A stretch of 64,000 nt of DNA from Paraspadella gotoi (taxonomy: Eukaryota; Animalia; Chaetognatha), in contig CM119264.1 of the NCBI GenBank assembly GCA_051294375.1, forward strand, positions 3,728,689-3,792,688. Direction: 5' to 3'. A program made the position numbers and the translations under genes. Of this stretch, positions 15,590 through 26,815 are shown one piece after another (within the stretch, counting starts at the first letter, position 1; every line of letters starts with the position of its first letter). The notes under the pieces are model-generated. The model did not search any database and had not been told where the DNA came from. It saw only the letters and a program-made list of their open reading frames with translations.

Positions 15590-16360
15590 AAAATTGAAAA
15601 AAATAGAAATGGAATGAAATTGGAAAATAGAATTAGAAATGGAATAAGAAAATGAAATCGGAAAACGAATTTGGAAAGTAAAAAGCTAAAGAAAAAATTG
15701 GATTGGAAATTGAAAATATAAAATAGAATTAAAAAATAGCTTTATATAATTTGAAACAGAAAATAGAATTATTTCATTTAAATTAAAAAGAAACAGAAAA
15801 ATAGGAAAAAATTGAAATCATAAAATATAAGCTGAAAATTCATTTCAAAAAACAGGAAATTGAAAAAATTTGCAAATTGAAAAAAGGATCAGAAAATTTG
15901 TTTTTAAAATGAAACATTAAAAGAAGAAGGGTTGGAATCATAAAATAAAATCAATGGTGAAATGGAAATAGTAGTAGGGATCGTCAGAATCAGAAAATGG
16001 AATCAGAAAATTCATTTTATTGATAATTAATAATTAATAAGAAGTTAAAATTAGAAAAAATGGAATAAAAAAATTCAAATGGAGACAGAAAATGGGCAAA
16101 AAATAGGAATCAGAAAATGGAACAGAAAATTCATTTGTGAAATAAAAATAAAAAAAGGAGAAAAAGTAAGAAAATTGAATCAGAATATTTATTCATACAA
16201 GAGAATATAAGTATACTACAATGAAAAAATTCAATAGTAAAATTAAAATGGATAATGGGAAAAAAGTTGGAATCAGAAAATGGAATGAAGAAATTCATTC
16301 GCGAAATTTAAATAGAAAATGAGAAAAAAAATAGGAATCAGAAAATGGAATCATGGATGA
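15590..16360. repeat. Degenerate A-rich minisatellite (ggaatcagaaaatggaa)
   Basis: The motif recurs about ten times with variable spacers. Confidence 0.7.
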
Positions 16361-17222
16361 AATAAATCAGCGACGGAAGAAAAATAAAAAGAGAATCTTG
16401 AGTGAAACGACGAGATGGTGAGGGTGGGGGGGTGGGGGGGTGGAGAGTGTGGGGGGGGGTATTTGGGACGGGATGGGCGTGAAGGGGGGTTAGTATGGGT
16501 TCGTCGCAAGGAAGGAAAGAAAAATGAGAAAGAGAAGGAGAGAGGAGAGCAGAGAGAGAGAGAGAGAGAGAGTATGAGAGAGAGAGAGAGAGGAGAGTGG
16601 CACGAAGAGAAATTAGTTGCCAAAATGGAGACGGAGTGAATAATTTTGTGGGAGAGACGAGTCGGTGACTCGTCGATCGGGGAAACGAGAGAAGGAAACT
16701 TGAAGTAAAAATGGATGAAGAGATGAGAAAAAAATGATGAAGATGAAGAGAATGAGGAACGAAGAGTTGAAATTTGGTTGAGGAGAAAGAGATGAACTAT
16801 TAATTAATTATTAATTATAAAATCCATGAGGGTAGAGTTGAGAGAAAAGAGATCGAGGGGGAGAATATGAGGTGGAAAGAGTTTCGCAGCTGCGAAAGAA
16901 GTTGAAAATACGAAATCAACTTGCGGGAAATGGGAAAGAAATATCTAAAGGGAGATTTTTAATATAAATTGGTCAATAGTCATGGCAACGACATTTTAAA
17001 ATATTTCTCAGCTGGGGTGGCCGATATATATCGCTTTTTTAATTATATTATTAAGGAGGTATTTTAGTTTTTGACGAAGTAACAAATTTGACAACTTTGA
17101 CAATCAGTGTCTGTGCGAAACAGTTGAATTGAAAATTATCCCTTGAAACTTTTAAAAAGAGAAAAAGTTTAAAAAAAACTAAGACAAAAACTGGTGACCG
17201 AAGGAGTTTAATCATGTGATAC

Positions 17223-17271
<49 letters not shown>

Positions 17272-18488
17272 GAGAGAGAGAGAGAGAGAAGAGAGAAGAG
17301 AGAGAGAGAGAGAGTGAAAGGGTGGAGGGGTAGGAAGGGGGAGGTCAGGCCGAGGACGAAGCGGAAGAACTTTTCTGAGGCTCATTGTTGTTGTTTGTTG
17401 TTGTCGTTGTTGTTATTGTTAGGGGGATCGGAGTATCGTTTGGCGGGAAAGGAAAATATTCGAGGCCGAAAAAGTAAAAAAAAAAAGAATCGTCGTAATT
17501 TTAATTTTAATTTTTTTTTCAATGAACAAAGTTTGTTTCAATTGAATATTTCACATTTTTCTTTCAACATTTTTCATTCTTTCCACTTAATTGCCCGATC
17601 GAGAATAAAGACTTTGCGAGAAAAGAAAAGAAATAATTAAGCGAGAAAAGAGAAAAGAGAAAAAATTGAGGAGAAAGAAAAAATACGAGAAAAATAAATC
17701 ATCAGAGAACAGTGAATGTGAAAGAAAAAAAAAGAAAAAGAAAAAAAGAGGAAGTGAAATGAGAGAAACGACTTCGTTAAAAGAGAATGGATTTTAACGA
17801 TTCATTACGATCGGGAGTTCAGGGTTTTAAGCTGAATGTTCAATAATGTTTGAAAATACAATTACAAATAAAAAGTAAGTTAAGTAATAAAGTAATAAGT
17901 GATAAAAAGTAATAATCTCAGTAGACGAGTGATCTGGTATCAGTATTTGTCTACAAACAGAAACTCGAAGAGAAGACGGAATTTGGCTTCATAACTGATT
18001 TATGGTGAGACCTGGTTTGTGAGGCGTGATTCATGCGGTCGTGAAGGTTGGAGTCGAGTTTAAGTGCGGTTCACGAGTTCGCTCAGGAACTACAGCGGAG
18101 TCGGTTTCTTTCAAACAGCAGAATTACGGACGACTAGCGTCATTCGTTTTTCATACTCAATACGTTAATAGTTAATAGTTAATAGTTAATGACTTAGCGT
18201 CCGCTAGAGAGAACCTTTGTTAATCGTTCTCGAAAGGGTGTATAAAATGAGATACGTATATAAAGAGTGAGTAGATTAATGTATGTTGAAAACAATCTAT
18301 GAATGAATCGTAGCGAGAAAAAAAAGGAATAATTTTGTCTTTTGTTTTATTTAATTATTTATTTATTTAATAAACGACGGTAACGATACAAAACGGATAT
18401 AAATGGTTCATGTGAATGAAAAAAAGAAATAGGAAAAGCGCTTCAGTCTCTTTATGATTTTTTTCTTTTTTCAAAAATGTACCGCATT

Positions 18489-19238
18489 TCAAATGTAATA
18501 ATCAAACTTCAACAAATGACCTGGATGCGTTTTTATTTGTCTGTCGATATATCCCCCCAAACAAATGACACTTTTCACTTTATTGTTTATCGCTGAAACG
18601 GATTGGTGAAACATCAATCCTCCATTCGCGCAAAAATCGAGCGGCAAATCTTCTTTCTTCTCCCACGTGTTTTCGTCGACGTCGTAAACTTTAACTTCCT
18701 TCAAAACGGCGCCCTGTTTGTTTCCTCCAACGAGCAGAAGTTGGGAGTCCGAGATGGGCGTCAGGGTGTGATGAGAGACGCCAAACGAAAGACCGGAATT
18801 TTTGATTTCCTCCCAACATCGAGTGATCATGTTGAGAGAGTGGAAATCTTTTAAACGAAGCTCCTCGCAAAAGCCGCCATGGATGAAAGTCTTTTCGTTC
18901 ACTTTCGCTACTGCGAAATTGCATCGAGCCGAAGGAGGTTTTCCATTCGTCAAAGGAAGAGAAAATCTTTTCGCGATTTTGTCAAATTCTATCAATTGAT
19001 TGTTGAAATACAATTCGGGTTCTGTTCTCCACTGAATCCACTCCTCGCCCTTCGATTCGATTCCATTCGTCTTCAAACTGGATTCCACTTGAGGCCCATA
19101 ACCACCGAAAAAGTAAAACTTTCCATCATGAATCCAACCTCGATGCTCTTGTCTCGGCGAAGGCAAGTCCCCCGCTGGATTGAGTTTGACAAATTCGCCG
19201 GATAAGGAGAGACGGAAGATTTCGTTGGTTGCTTTGTA
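18489..19238 (-). CDS. HEPN-Kelch gene exon 5, remaining Kelch blades
   Basis: Acceptor ggtcacctag|TAC; YKATNEIFRLSL...PSPRQEHRGWIHDGKFYFFGGYG...FDYYI*; extends ORF 18489..19166 by 24 codons. Confidence 0.9.
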   Translation of the reverse strand, partial: YKATNEIFRLSLSGEFVKLNPAGDLPSPRQEHRGWIHDGKFYFFGGYGPQVESSLKTNGIESKGEEWIQWRTEPELYFNNQLIEFDKIAKRFSLPLTNGKPPSARCNFAVAKVNEKTFIHGGFCEELRLKDFHSLNMITRCWEEIKNSGLSFGVSHHTLTPISDSQLLLVGGNKQGAVLKEVKVYDVDENTWEKKEDLPLDFCANGGLMFHQSVSAINNKVKSVICLGGYIDRQIKTHPGHLLKFDYYI

Positions 19239-20437
19239 CTAGGTGACCATTTGAAACCCGACGCTATAAAATATTCACCAAACGAAAACGCGGAAAGACT
19301 AAAGAGATACTTAAAGACAAGACACTCATTTTTATGTATAAATATCATTTCTTGAAAATGATTTCCATGCTCGATAGCCTAATGTTTTTGAATACAAAAA
19401 TTTTGTCTTACTTTCTGGACGATTCATAAAAAAGTCTTTAAAAAAATAACAATAATATTAATATTGCTTGAAAGCCCTTTAAAGACTGTATGCTATGATA
19501 TATTTTCAAATTCTGTAGCTGTCGGGATTCGCCCCCTAACATAGCATAAAAAATATCTTTTTGACGCCCAGTCAAAGTTATAAAGTATAGAATTACGACT
19601 ACCTTAGTTTTAAAAATAGTCAATAGCAAGGTATATCACTTTTAAGAAATTAAAATAAATATTTTAATTTTTAACAGGCTTTCTTGTGATACCTATATTA
19701 GCAATAATTAGTGAGATTATTATTGTTTAACATAGTCATCAATTCCAGGTGATGAATTTCCTTTTATTTCTGATTAAAAAGCTCGAATTTGCTGCTCATC
19801 TTTTTTTTCGCTCTTTACGAACTCAAAACAAAATCATCAAAAAAAAATGTATACATGAAAAATGAGTGTGTCTTGTCTTTAAGTGTCTTTTTTAAAAATG
19901 TTAAAATCACTACGCGCTTTTGTTTGGTGAATTTTTTGATTGCGGCGAGTTTCAAATGGTCACGATGAGGTCGCCCACGTCGCCGCCGAATAAGTAAATA
20001 AACTCTTCAAAAACGATCGAAGCCGCAAAGGTCGTCGGAGGCGGGACGTCGCCCCAAGTATCGATTCGGCGCCAAGCGAAAGGATCGAGCTCAAGGATAA
20101 AAACGACTTTGGAAGGCAGAAATGGAAGGCATCCATCTTCCTGTTTTTGACCTCCGCTCCAAACGACGATCTTCCCATTGACGAACCCAGCGACAAATCC
20201 ATCGCCGACTGGCCAAGTCGCGGAGGAAAGTCGCCCGTCACCCAGGACGGGAGGAGAAGAGATGAGACTGAGAGAGAGTGGGCCTCTGACTTTGCGACTT
20301 CGTAGGACAGAGCGGGAGCCTAAAGTAAATAAAAATATATCTGCTTTTAATGTACGAATTGTAAATAAATACATAGTTGAAGGTTTAATTTACTGTTGTG
20401 AAAGTATAAGTAACAGCAAATACGTAACAACAACCAC

Positions 20438-20530
<93 letters not shown>

Positions 20531-22097
20531 CACAACAACAAAAACAATAACAACGGTAAAACAATCAAACCAGATGAGGGTCCAGTTGCGCCTTGTTCTT
20601 CGTCTCGCTCCACGCGTCCGTCTCCTCCAAGACTCAGGCTATCCAAACTCATCGTCAACACCCTCTTCGCTTCCTCCGCTCTCCTCAAGGCCTCTTCCAC
20701 CTTCCTCTCCACTTCCTCCAGACCATCTTCTCCCTGATCGAGTCTCAATTTCTTGATGTCGTTCGTCCAGCGAATCTTCAGCTTGGGAAAATCATTGAAC
20801 AGCTTCCAGATCACGTTTTCCTAATGAGAGGAAATGCGGATGGCGGTGTCTGGTTTTTATTTACGAGGTGACCATTTTCAACTCGCCAATAGAAAAAAAT
20901 CACCAAAGGAAAACGTGAAGAGATTTTAACATTTTGAAAATAGATAATTAAAGACAAGACATACTCATTTTTTATGTATAAATATAATTTCTTTTGGTGT
21001 ACTTCTACTATAACAGGAAGGGGGAAAAGATAGCTTAGAAAATGATCTCCCAGCTCGATAGCCTAATGTTTGTCTTCTTTCTGGACAATTTATAAAAAAA
21101 GTCCTCAAAAAATAACAATGATATTTATATTGCCTGAAAGCCCATTTAAAACTGTATACTATGATATTTTTTCGTTTTGTTGTTATTGGTAAGTTTTAGG
21201 TACAAAGTTTTTATTGTTTAAAAACAACGGTATAGGGAAACAAAAATTACGGACCTGTTTCGGATATGATGAGAGCCTTATTCAGCGAAAAAATATTGCT
21301 TTGCTTTGCAATATTTTCGCGCTGAAGAAGGGTCTAAATACTTAATAGTTCCCGAATACAGTCCAACGCGATATCATTCCTACGGTAATGTTAGTGGCAC
21401 AGAGCCCCATTGGAAATTTTATTCCACAAACTCTCAGAGAAGTCCCAAAAGTCAAGCATCAACCATTAACACCCAATCACGAAAGCCTCACTTTGAACCA
21501 ATCGCATTCCTTATAGCACTCATCACTTGACCAATCACGAAAGCCGCACTTTCAACCAATCGCATTCCTCCTTGCACTCCGTATGAGCCATCTCGCGCCG
21601 TTGATCGTCGACCATCGTCAGATTCCGTTTGTAGGCAAAGTTTTTGGCGGCGAGTTTGACCTCGGGATCCTCGGTCACGTGACCAAAGAAACTTGGGTCG
21701 CAGGATTCGAAAATCGGGACGAATCGATCGTCGACTTCTTGGCAAAGATTTCGGAGGCTCCGGAAGTTGGGGTAGCTGGTGATGATCTTTGGAAAAGGGG
21801 ATGTGGGAAAGGGGAGTGAGAGGAAATAAGAATAAATAAAAACTAAATAGCTTATTTGATTATTGAATTAAATATTTTATATTGGTTGTAGTAATTTAAT
21901 AAACATTTTCCCCTCACCTCGTTGTTTTTCAAGCACCACCGATACCACAGCCCCCCGTCGCCCCACTTCTGCCCCCACTCTCGCTCCAACTTGGAGCGAA
22001 ATTGTTGACGAAACATCTCGGGAATTCGGATCAGCAGGACGTCGTGGTAGCGCAGGTAGCACGTGCGCTTGTTGAGAGTATAGGACGCCTTTGCCAT
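18489..22097 (-). CDS. Five-exon gene, 590 aa: putative HEPN domain + coiled coil + KLHDC1/2-like Kelch beta-propeller
   Basis: Hand-spliced exons 22097-21918, 21786-21550, 20820-20571, 20319-19964, 19238-18489. All introns are GT-AG with compatible phases (0,0,1,0); 1773 nt open from ATG to TGA. Kelch GG motifs: VVWSGG, IYLFGG, FYFFGGYG, TFIHGG, LTPISDSQLLLVGG, VICLGG, resembling KLHDC1/KLHDC2. Confidence 0.85.
19239..19963. mobile_element. MITE forming intron 4 of the HEPN-Kelch gene (introner-like)
   Basis: Perfect 15-bp TIR GTGACCATTTGAAAC at 19243-19257 and inverted at 19949-19963, extending imperfectly to about 110 bp; no coding capacity. Confidence 0.85.
19964..20319 (-). CDS. HEPN-Kelch gene exon 4, first Kelch blades
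   Basis: Acceptor tttactttag|GC; encodes GKIVVWSGG...WGDVPPPTTFAASIVFEEFIYLFGGDVGDLI; donor ATC|gtgacc. Confidence 0.85.
20438..20530. repeat. (AAT)n microsatellite in intron 3 of the HEPN-Kelch gene
   Basis: About 30 perfect AAT units. Confidence 0.95.
20571..20820 (-). CDS. HEPN-Kelch gene exon 3 (ENVIWKLF...GATGPSS), coiled-coil linker
   Basis: Acceptor ctctcattag|GAA, donor G|gtttga (phase 1); matches ORF 20530..20814. Confidence 0.75.
20862..21172 (+). mobile_element. Partial second copy of the same MITE family, inside intron 2
   Basis: TA-CGAGGTGACCATTTTCAAC...AAAGACAAGAC...GCTCGATAGCCTAATGTT... aligns by eye with 19237-19507. Confidence 0.8.
21249..21366. mobile_element. Degenerate Penelope-like inverted pLTR remnant with two decayed hammerhead cores
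   Basis: Palindrome ttcagcgaaaaaatattgc/gcaatattttcgcgctgaa. Minus strand CTGAATA-aggc...cc-GAAAC-AGGTC; plus strand CTGAAGA-agg...cc-GAATAC-AGTC. Confidence 0.45.
21550..21786 (-). CDS. HEPN-Kelch gene exon 2 (IITSYPNF...RREMAHTECKEECDWLK)
   Basis: Acceptor ttttccaaag|ATC, 79 open codons, donor AAA|gtgcgg. Absent from the ORF track in this frame because there is no start codon. Confidence 0.75.
21918..22097 (-). CDS. HEPN-Kelch gene exon 1 (MAKASYTL...WCLKNNE)
   Basis: ATG at 22097, 60 codons, donor GAG|gtgagg. Confidence 0.75.
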
Positions 22098-23114
22098 GAC
22101 GACGGACGGAGGGACGGGCGGACGGACGGACGGACGACGGGTCGATGGAATCGATGGGACAAAAAATGGATGAACTAACGAATGAAGGAAATAAAACAAT
22201 TGGGTCGTCTCGATCTTTCGTCGTCCCGATCTTTCCCGCGATCGGAATGTCGCGTCGTCAGTTTCTCATCGTCGAAATCACGAGGTTGAAAAAAAAGAAA
22301 GAAAAAAAAAACTTGATTTAAAAAAAAATTGGGATTTCCAATTTAAAATCCGAGAAGTTTTTATTTCGAATTCGGTCGAAAAAAAAGAGTAATTCGTTAA
22401 AGGTCGAAATTAGATTTTGACTTTAAAAAAAAACCTGTTTTAACAATGTTGTTAAAATATTTTCACGTACTGGTAGTTTGGTGAAAATTTAATTTTATGT
22501 ATAGCTCTTAGTAATTATGCGATACTGCTAGTAAGTTTATATCCAAATAACATTTATATTTAAATGCCCACAAAATATTCTCACTTGACTGACCAGTGAC
22601 CACCATGACCAATATGACCACTATGAGCAGTGACCACAGACCAGTGACCACACCGACGGCATGGCTGCAGCGCCTTCACCAAAACTGGTGTAAACTCACA
22701 AAATATCTCTCTTAGGGTTAAACAATAAACATATATGTAGAATTGTAGATTATTCATTATGTATTTGTGATATCGTGATTTATGTGACTTTTACTTTTTT
22801 CCCGGGATGAAGGCCATAATAGACTGAGAGGAGAAATGGAAACGCGAGAGCAAAGATACGGATGAGAGTCAAGGAGCTGTTGTTGTTGTTGTTGTCGTCG
22901 TCGTCGTTGTGAAAATCCGCGCGCGAGGTCAAAGGACGAGAGAAGAAACGCCGCCGACGCCGAGAGCCAAGTTCGTTGGGGCGAGAGACCGAGATAAAAA
23001 ATTCAATGTTTACTAATACTCGAGGAAACGTGGGATGCTGAGAGAGAGAGAGAAGAGAGAGGAGAGAGAGAGAGAGAGAGAGAGGCAGAGAGAGAGAGAG
23101 AGAGAGAGGAGTGT

Positions 23115-23149
<35 letters not shown>

Positions 23150-23597
23150 CAGAGAGAAGAGAGAGAGAGAGAAGAGGAGAGAGAGAGAGAAGAGAGAAGA
23201 CGAGAGAGACAAAGAGAGCAGAGAGAGAGAGTGAAAGAGAGAGAGAGAGAGAGAGAGAGACTGACTATGGGGCTACTTCAGCCTTTGAAAAATGGAAAGA
23301 CGCACTTAATTATCTCCCCGGGTTAAAAAAATAATGGAAGGAAACGAACGAAAGTCTTTTCCTCGTCTCCAGCTCATCCTTCGACCCACATCCTCGAGTC
23401 TTCCTTCGACCCACATCCCTCGTCATCCCTCTCCATCTTCAATCGCTCCAGCATCTTTGTTTCTAGACGACCCCATCGCTCCAACATTGTTATTGGCCTT
23501 CCCCGCTCCTACTAACATTCGCTCCTGCTTTCATCTTTGACCGCCTCTCTCCAATAACTTCTAACTCAAAGGCCAAGAACAAACACCGTCAGATCGG

Positions 23598-24056
23598 GCA
23601 ACAAACTTACCCGGATCAAACAACAAACTTACTTGGATAAAAAAAACTAACTTACCCAGATCCAACAAAAAACTTACCCAAATAAAAAAAAACTTAGCCA
23701 ATTCCAACTACTAACTCTTCAAGATCTAGCAATAAACTTACAACAAACTTACCCGAATCGAACCAAAAACTTTCTTGAACTAATGAGAAGCTTACCCGGT
23801 TTCAATAACAAACTTACCCAGATCCAACAAACAGCTTACCCAGCTCCAACAAAAAACCTACTAGAATCTAACATGTTGATCCCAGAGACTTGTGTTACGA
23901 CCTTATTGCTGCCAACTATATGTGTTGATACTTTCAGAAGGTGAGCGAGAGACGGAAAATCCCGCTCATCAAACAAACTTACCCGAATCAAACAACAAGC
24001 TTACCCAGAGTTAGAACAAACTTACACGGATCTTGCGACAAACTTACTCGGATCAA
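23598..24056 (-). repeat. Minisatellite, ~22-bp unit caacaaacttacccggatc
   Basis: About 13 recognisable (a/g)cttac cores, read as GTAAG(T/C) on the minus strand. Confidence 0.8.
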
Positions 24057-25269
24057 ACCAGCGTACACCCCGTAGCCAGCGCAGCCCGTCTCTACTTCAA
24101 CAGCTTCGAACTCCCCCTCCCGCCGTCGTTGAAAAGAGGAAAAGATAAGAAAATGAGAAGTGGACTCAGCTGGAGTCGCTCATGGCGAGGGATGTGGAAG
24201 GGACGAGGGGAAGGGGATATAGAAGGGGGAGGCGAGAATGAGGGGTTGAAAAGTAAAGGATATGAAGGATTACGAAAGAGCATTTGAATAGTATTAGTAG
24301 AGTGCGCGAAACTGCAATGAACAAAAAGCACTTTAGTTCGAGGTCATCGCATGCAAGTCTGAATTGAGTGTGAGCGCGTGGGAGTCAAATGTTGCGCAAT
24401 GCGTGGGCGAAGGACGCGGAAGAAAAGATGGAAATTTTATAATAAGAATTGAACTATATGTAGAAAATAAAAAAAAAAATAAAGAAGATTTAAGTCCTGA
24501 GAAAACTAAATACATAATTAATAAGTCAAACTAATATGTAATGAGATAAAAAAGAATTATGTTGCTGAGCTTGTTATTTTTAAATTCCGTTATAAAAATT
24601 GAGAACAAGCAGACCGTGAAAAAGGTGAACTGAAACTTGACAAATTTTTCCGTCGGAAAAAAGTACAAAAATTGTCTCGCTTTCTTGAAGCGAGGAGACG
24701 TCGTCGCATCGTCGTTGTCGTCTCGTCCGTTTCGTGGTGTTACGAAATTTATTCTTGGATACTTGCGCTTGATCCGCAAAACTTCTGGTTAAACCGCTGA
24801 AGAGAACGAACCAGCACCGGATGTCCCTCGCCTGCCATCGTTCTCGTTCACTCTCTCTCTCTCCCTCTTCTCTCCTCTCTCTCTCTTTCCTCTCGTCTCT
24901 TTCTCTCTCTCTCTCTTCTCTCTTCTCCTCCTTAACATAAATACGCTTTTGCCCCGAATCAACTCCAAATATTTCAAGTATCTCTAAACTCCCAAGAGCA
25001 GAGTCCAGTTTCGCTCTTTACTAATAACGCAAGTTTCAATCACATCATCCTCATCTCATCTCTCTCTCTCCGTAAAGTATTTAACCGCCCTAAGACCGCT
25101 CGTGCGGCGGCCAACGTTTCTACTTTAAACTGTAAGTAAATATGCCCTACAGAGCTTATGCTCGGGGCCAATTTTAAGTTTTTGTTATCATCATCTCTCT
25201 CTCTCTCTCTCTTTCTTTCTCTTTCTCTTTACCACCAAAACCTACTTCAATGTCGCCGAAATATATACA

Positions 25270-25901
25270 TACTATCTAGGAAAAAAGTTAGAAACATTTT
25301 TAATTGAGGATATCTACTTGAAAACCTTGCTCGATTTTTAAAGAATCAGATGTTTCAGATCTACACTAAATCTCCTTTCAGTTGCTTCGCTTCCATTTTT
25401 TTCGTAGATCAACCGTATAGAAGTTAGAGGCAAAAAAAAGCATCTGCTCGATCAAGTGGAAAAATGGCGGAAAAACATCGCCTTTGAGTTTTCCACACAT
25501 TCTTGGCTATTCGATTATTTCGTTTTCTAATTCAACATTGAGTTAGCTTATTTGTTTCATTTTTTTTAAATTTGGTTATGCGAATAGACCAGCCTCTTTT
25601 GTTCATAAAGGTGCAATGGTAGCTCTGAGAAAAGAGGAAAGAACGCAACATTCCATCAGCAATAGACTTCGAATCCCTCGTTCCACCAATTGCAATTTTT
25701 AACGGCGATACATACAAATCAAACATTGGTGGTCAGCTTTAAGCGGAGAGCAGCCCAGACCGAATGCAGGGCAGTGTTTCCGATGCCTGCAGGGATAGGG
25801 CATACCAAATATTGAGAATGTTACCCATGGGTTTTGTATATTTTTTATTGAATAAATGAACTTTTAAAAAAAATCGTTTCTAAACTTTTTCCTAGATAGT
25901 A
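25270..25901. mobile_element. Tc1/mariner-type MITE (TA-CTATCTAGGAAAAAAGT TIR)
   Basis: tactatctaggaaaaaagttagaaac ... gtttctaaactttttcctagatagta, with TA at both ends. Confidence 0.75.
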
Positions 25902-26815
25902 ATCTAACTCATCTTTTTTGCGGCATGTTCAGCGCGCAGTGAGACGAAGAGTCATTAAATCCCAAAAATGAGTCCCAGAGTTTCTCTTTCCGTCGAGAAG
26001 CGAGAGATGTATGTGAGTTCGTGTTGGGTGATGCTTGGATGTACTACGAAGGTCGATCAAAATAAATGGCGAGGGGTGAGGGCTGAGGGGGGGAAGGAAA
26101 AAAAGTAAAGTGCGGTGGACGAGGTAAGGGTAAGGGCGAAGCATAAGATGCAGACGTCCGGTCCATTTCTTCAATCTTGATTTCAACCAGATATTAGTCC
26201 GTGGATGATCATTATTGCTTATTTATTATTAACTTGTACAATTACTATGAACTTCTCACTAAAGTTAATATCAATAATTTTAAATTAAACTAATAAGCGA
26301 TAGCAAATTTAGTATAGAATGTTCTAAACATTATAAAGAATAAAAAACGATTGGAATAGAAAGTTATATATGGAGGTGAGAGAATCATCGCGACGGCACG
26401 GACGGACGAAGAGGACGAACGGACGAACGACGACTGAGGGCATGAAAAAAAAGTAAATGAATGGACATAAAGAACAACAATACAAAGGAGCGACAACGAC
26501 TGAGAGAAGAGACAGCGCGCGCAATTTACTATTAAGGTCTCATGCATATCTCTCTCTCTCTCTCTCTTCTTCTCTCTTCTCTCTCTCCTCATCTCTCTCT
26601 CTTACTCTCTCTTCTCTCTCTCTCTCTCTCTCCTTCCCTCCCCCCCACCAACTATTACAGCCGCCATTCGTCTTCTTCATCCTTTAGTTTTTTTTCTCTT
26701 TCCCTTTTTTCTTTTCCTTTTCTCTTTCTTTCTTTTTCTTCGTTCTTCTCCTTTCTTTTTTCCTTAAAAAAAAAATTCATTTTTTTTTCTCTCTTCTTTT
26801 TTTTATTATTCGCAG

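Noticed and set aside
23598-24056. CRISPR-like array
   Set aside because: Eukaryotic context, degenerate adjacent units without unique fixed-length spacers, no cas genes.
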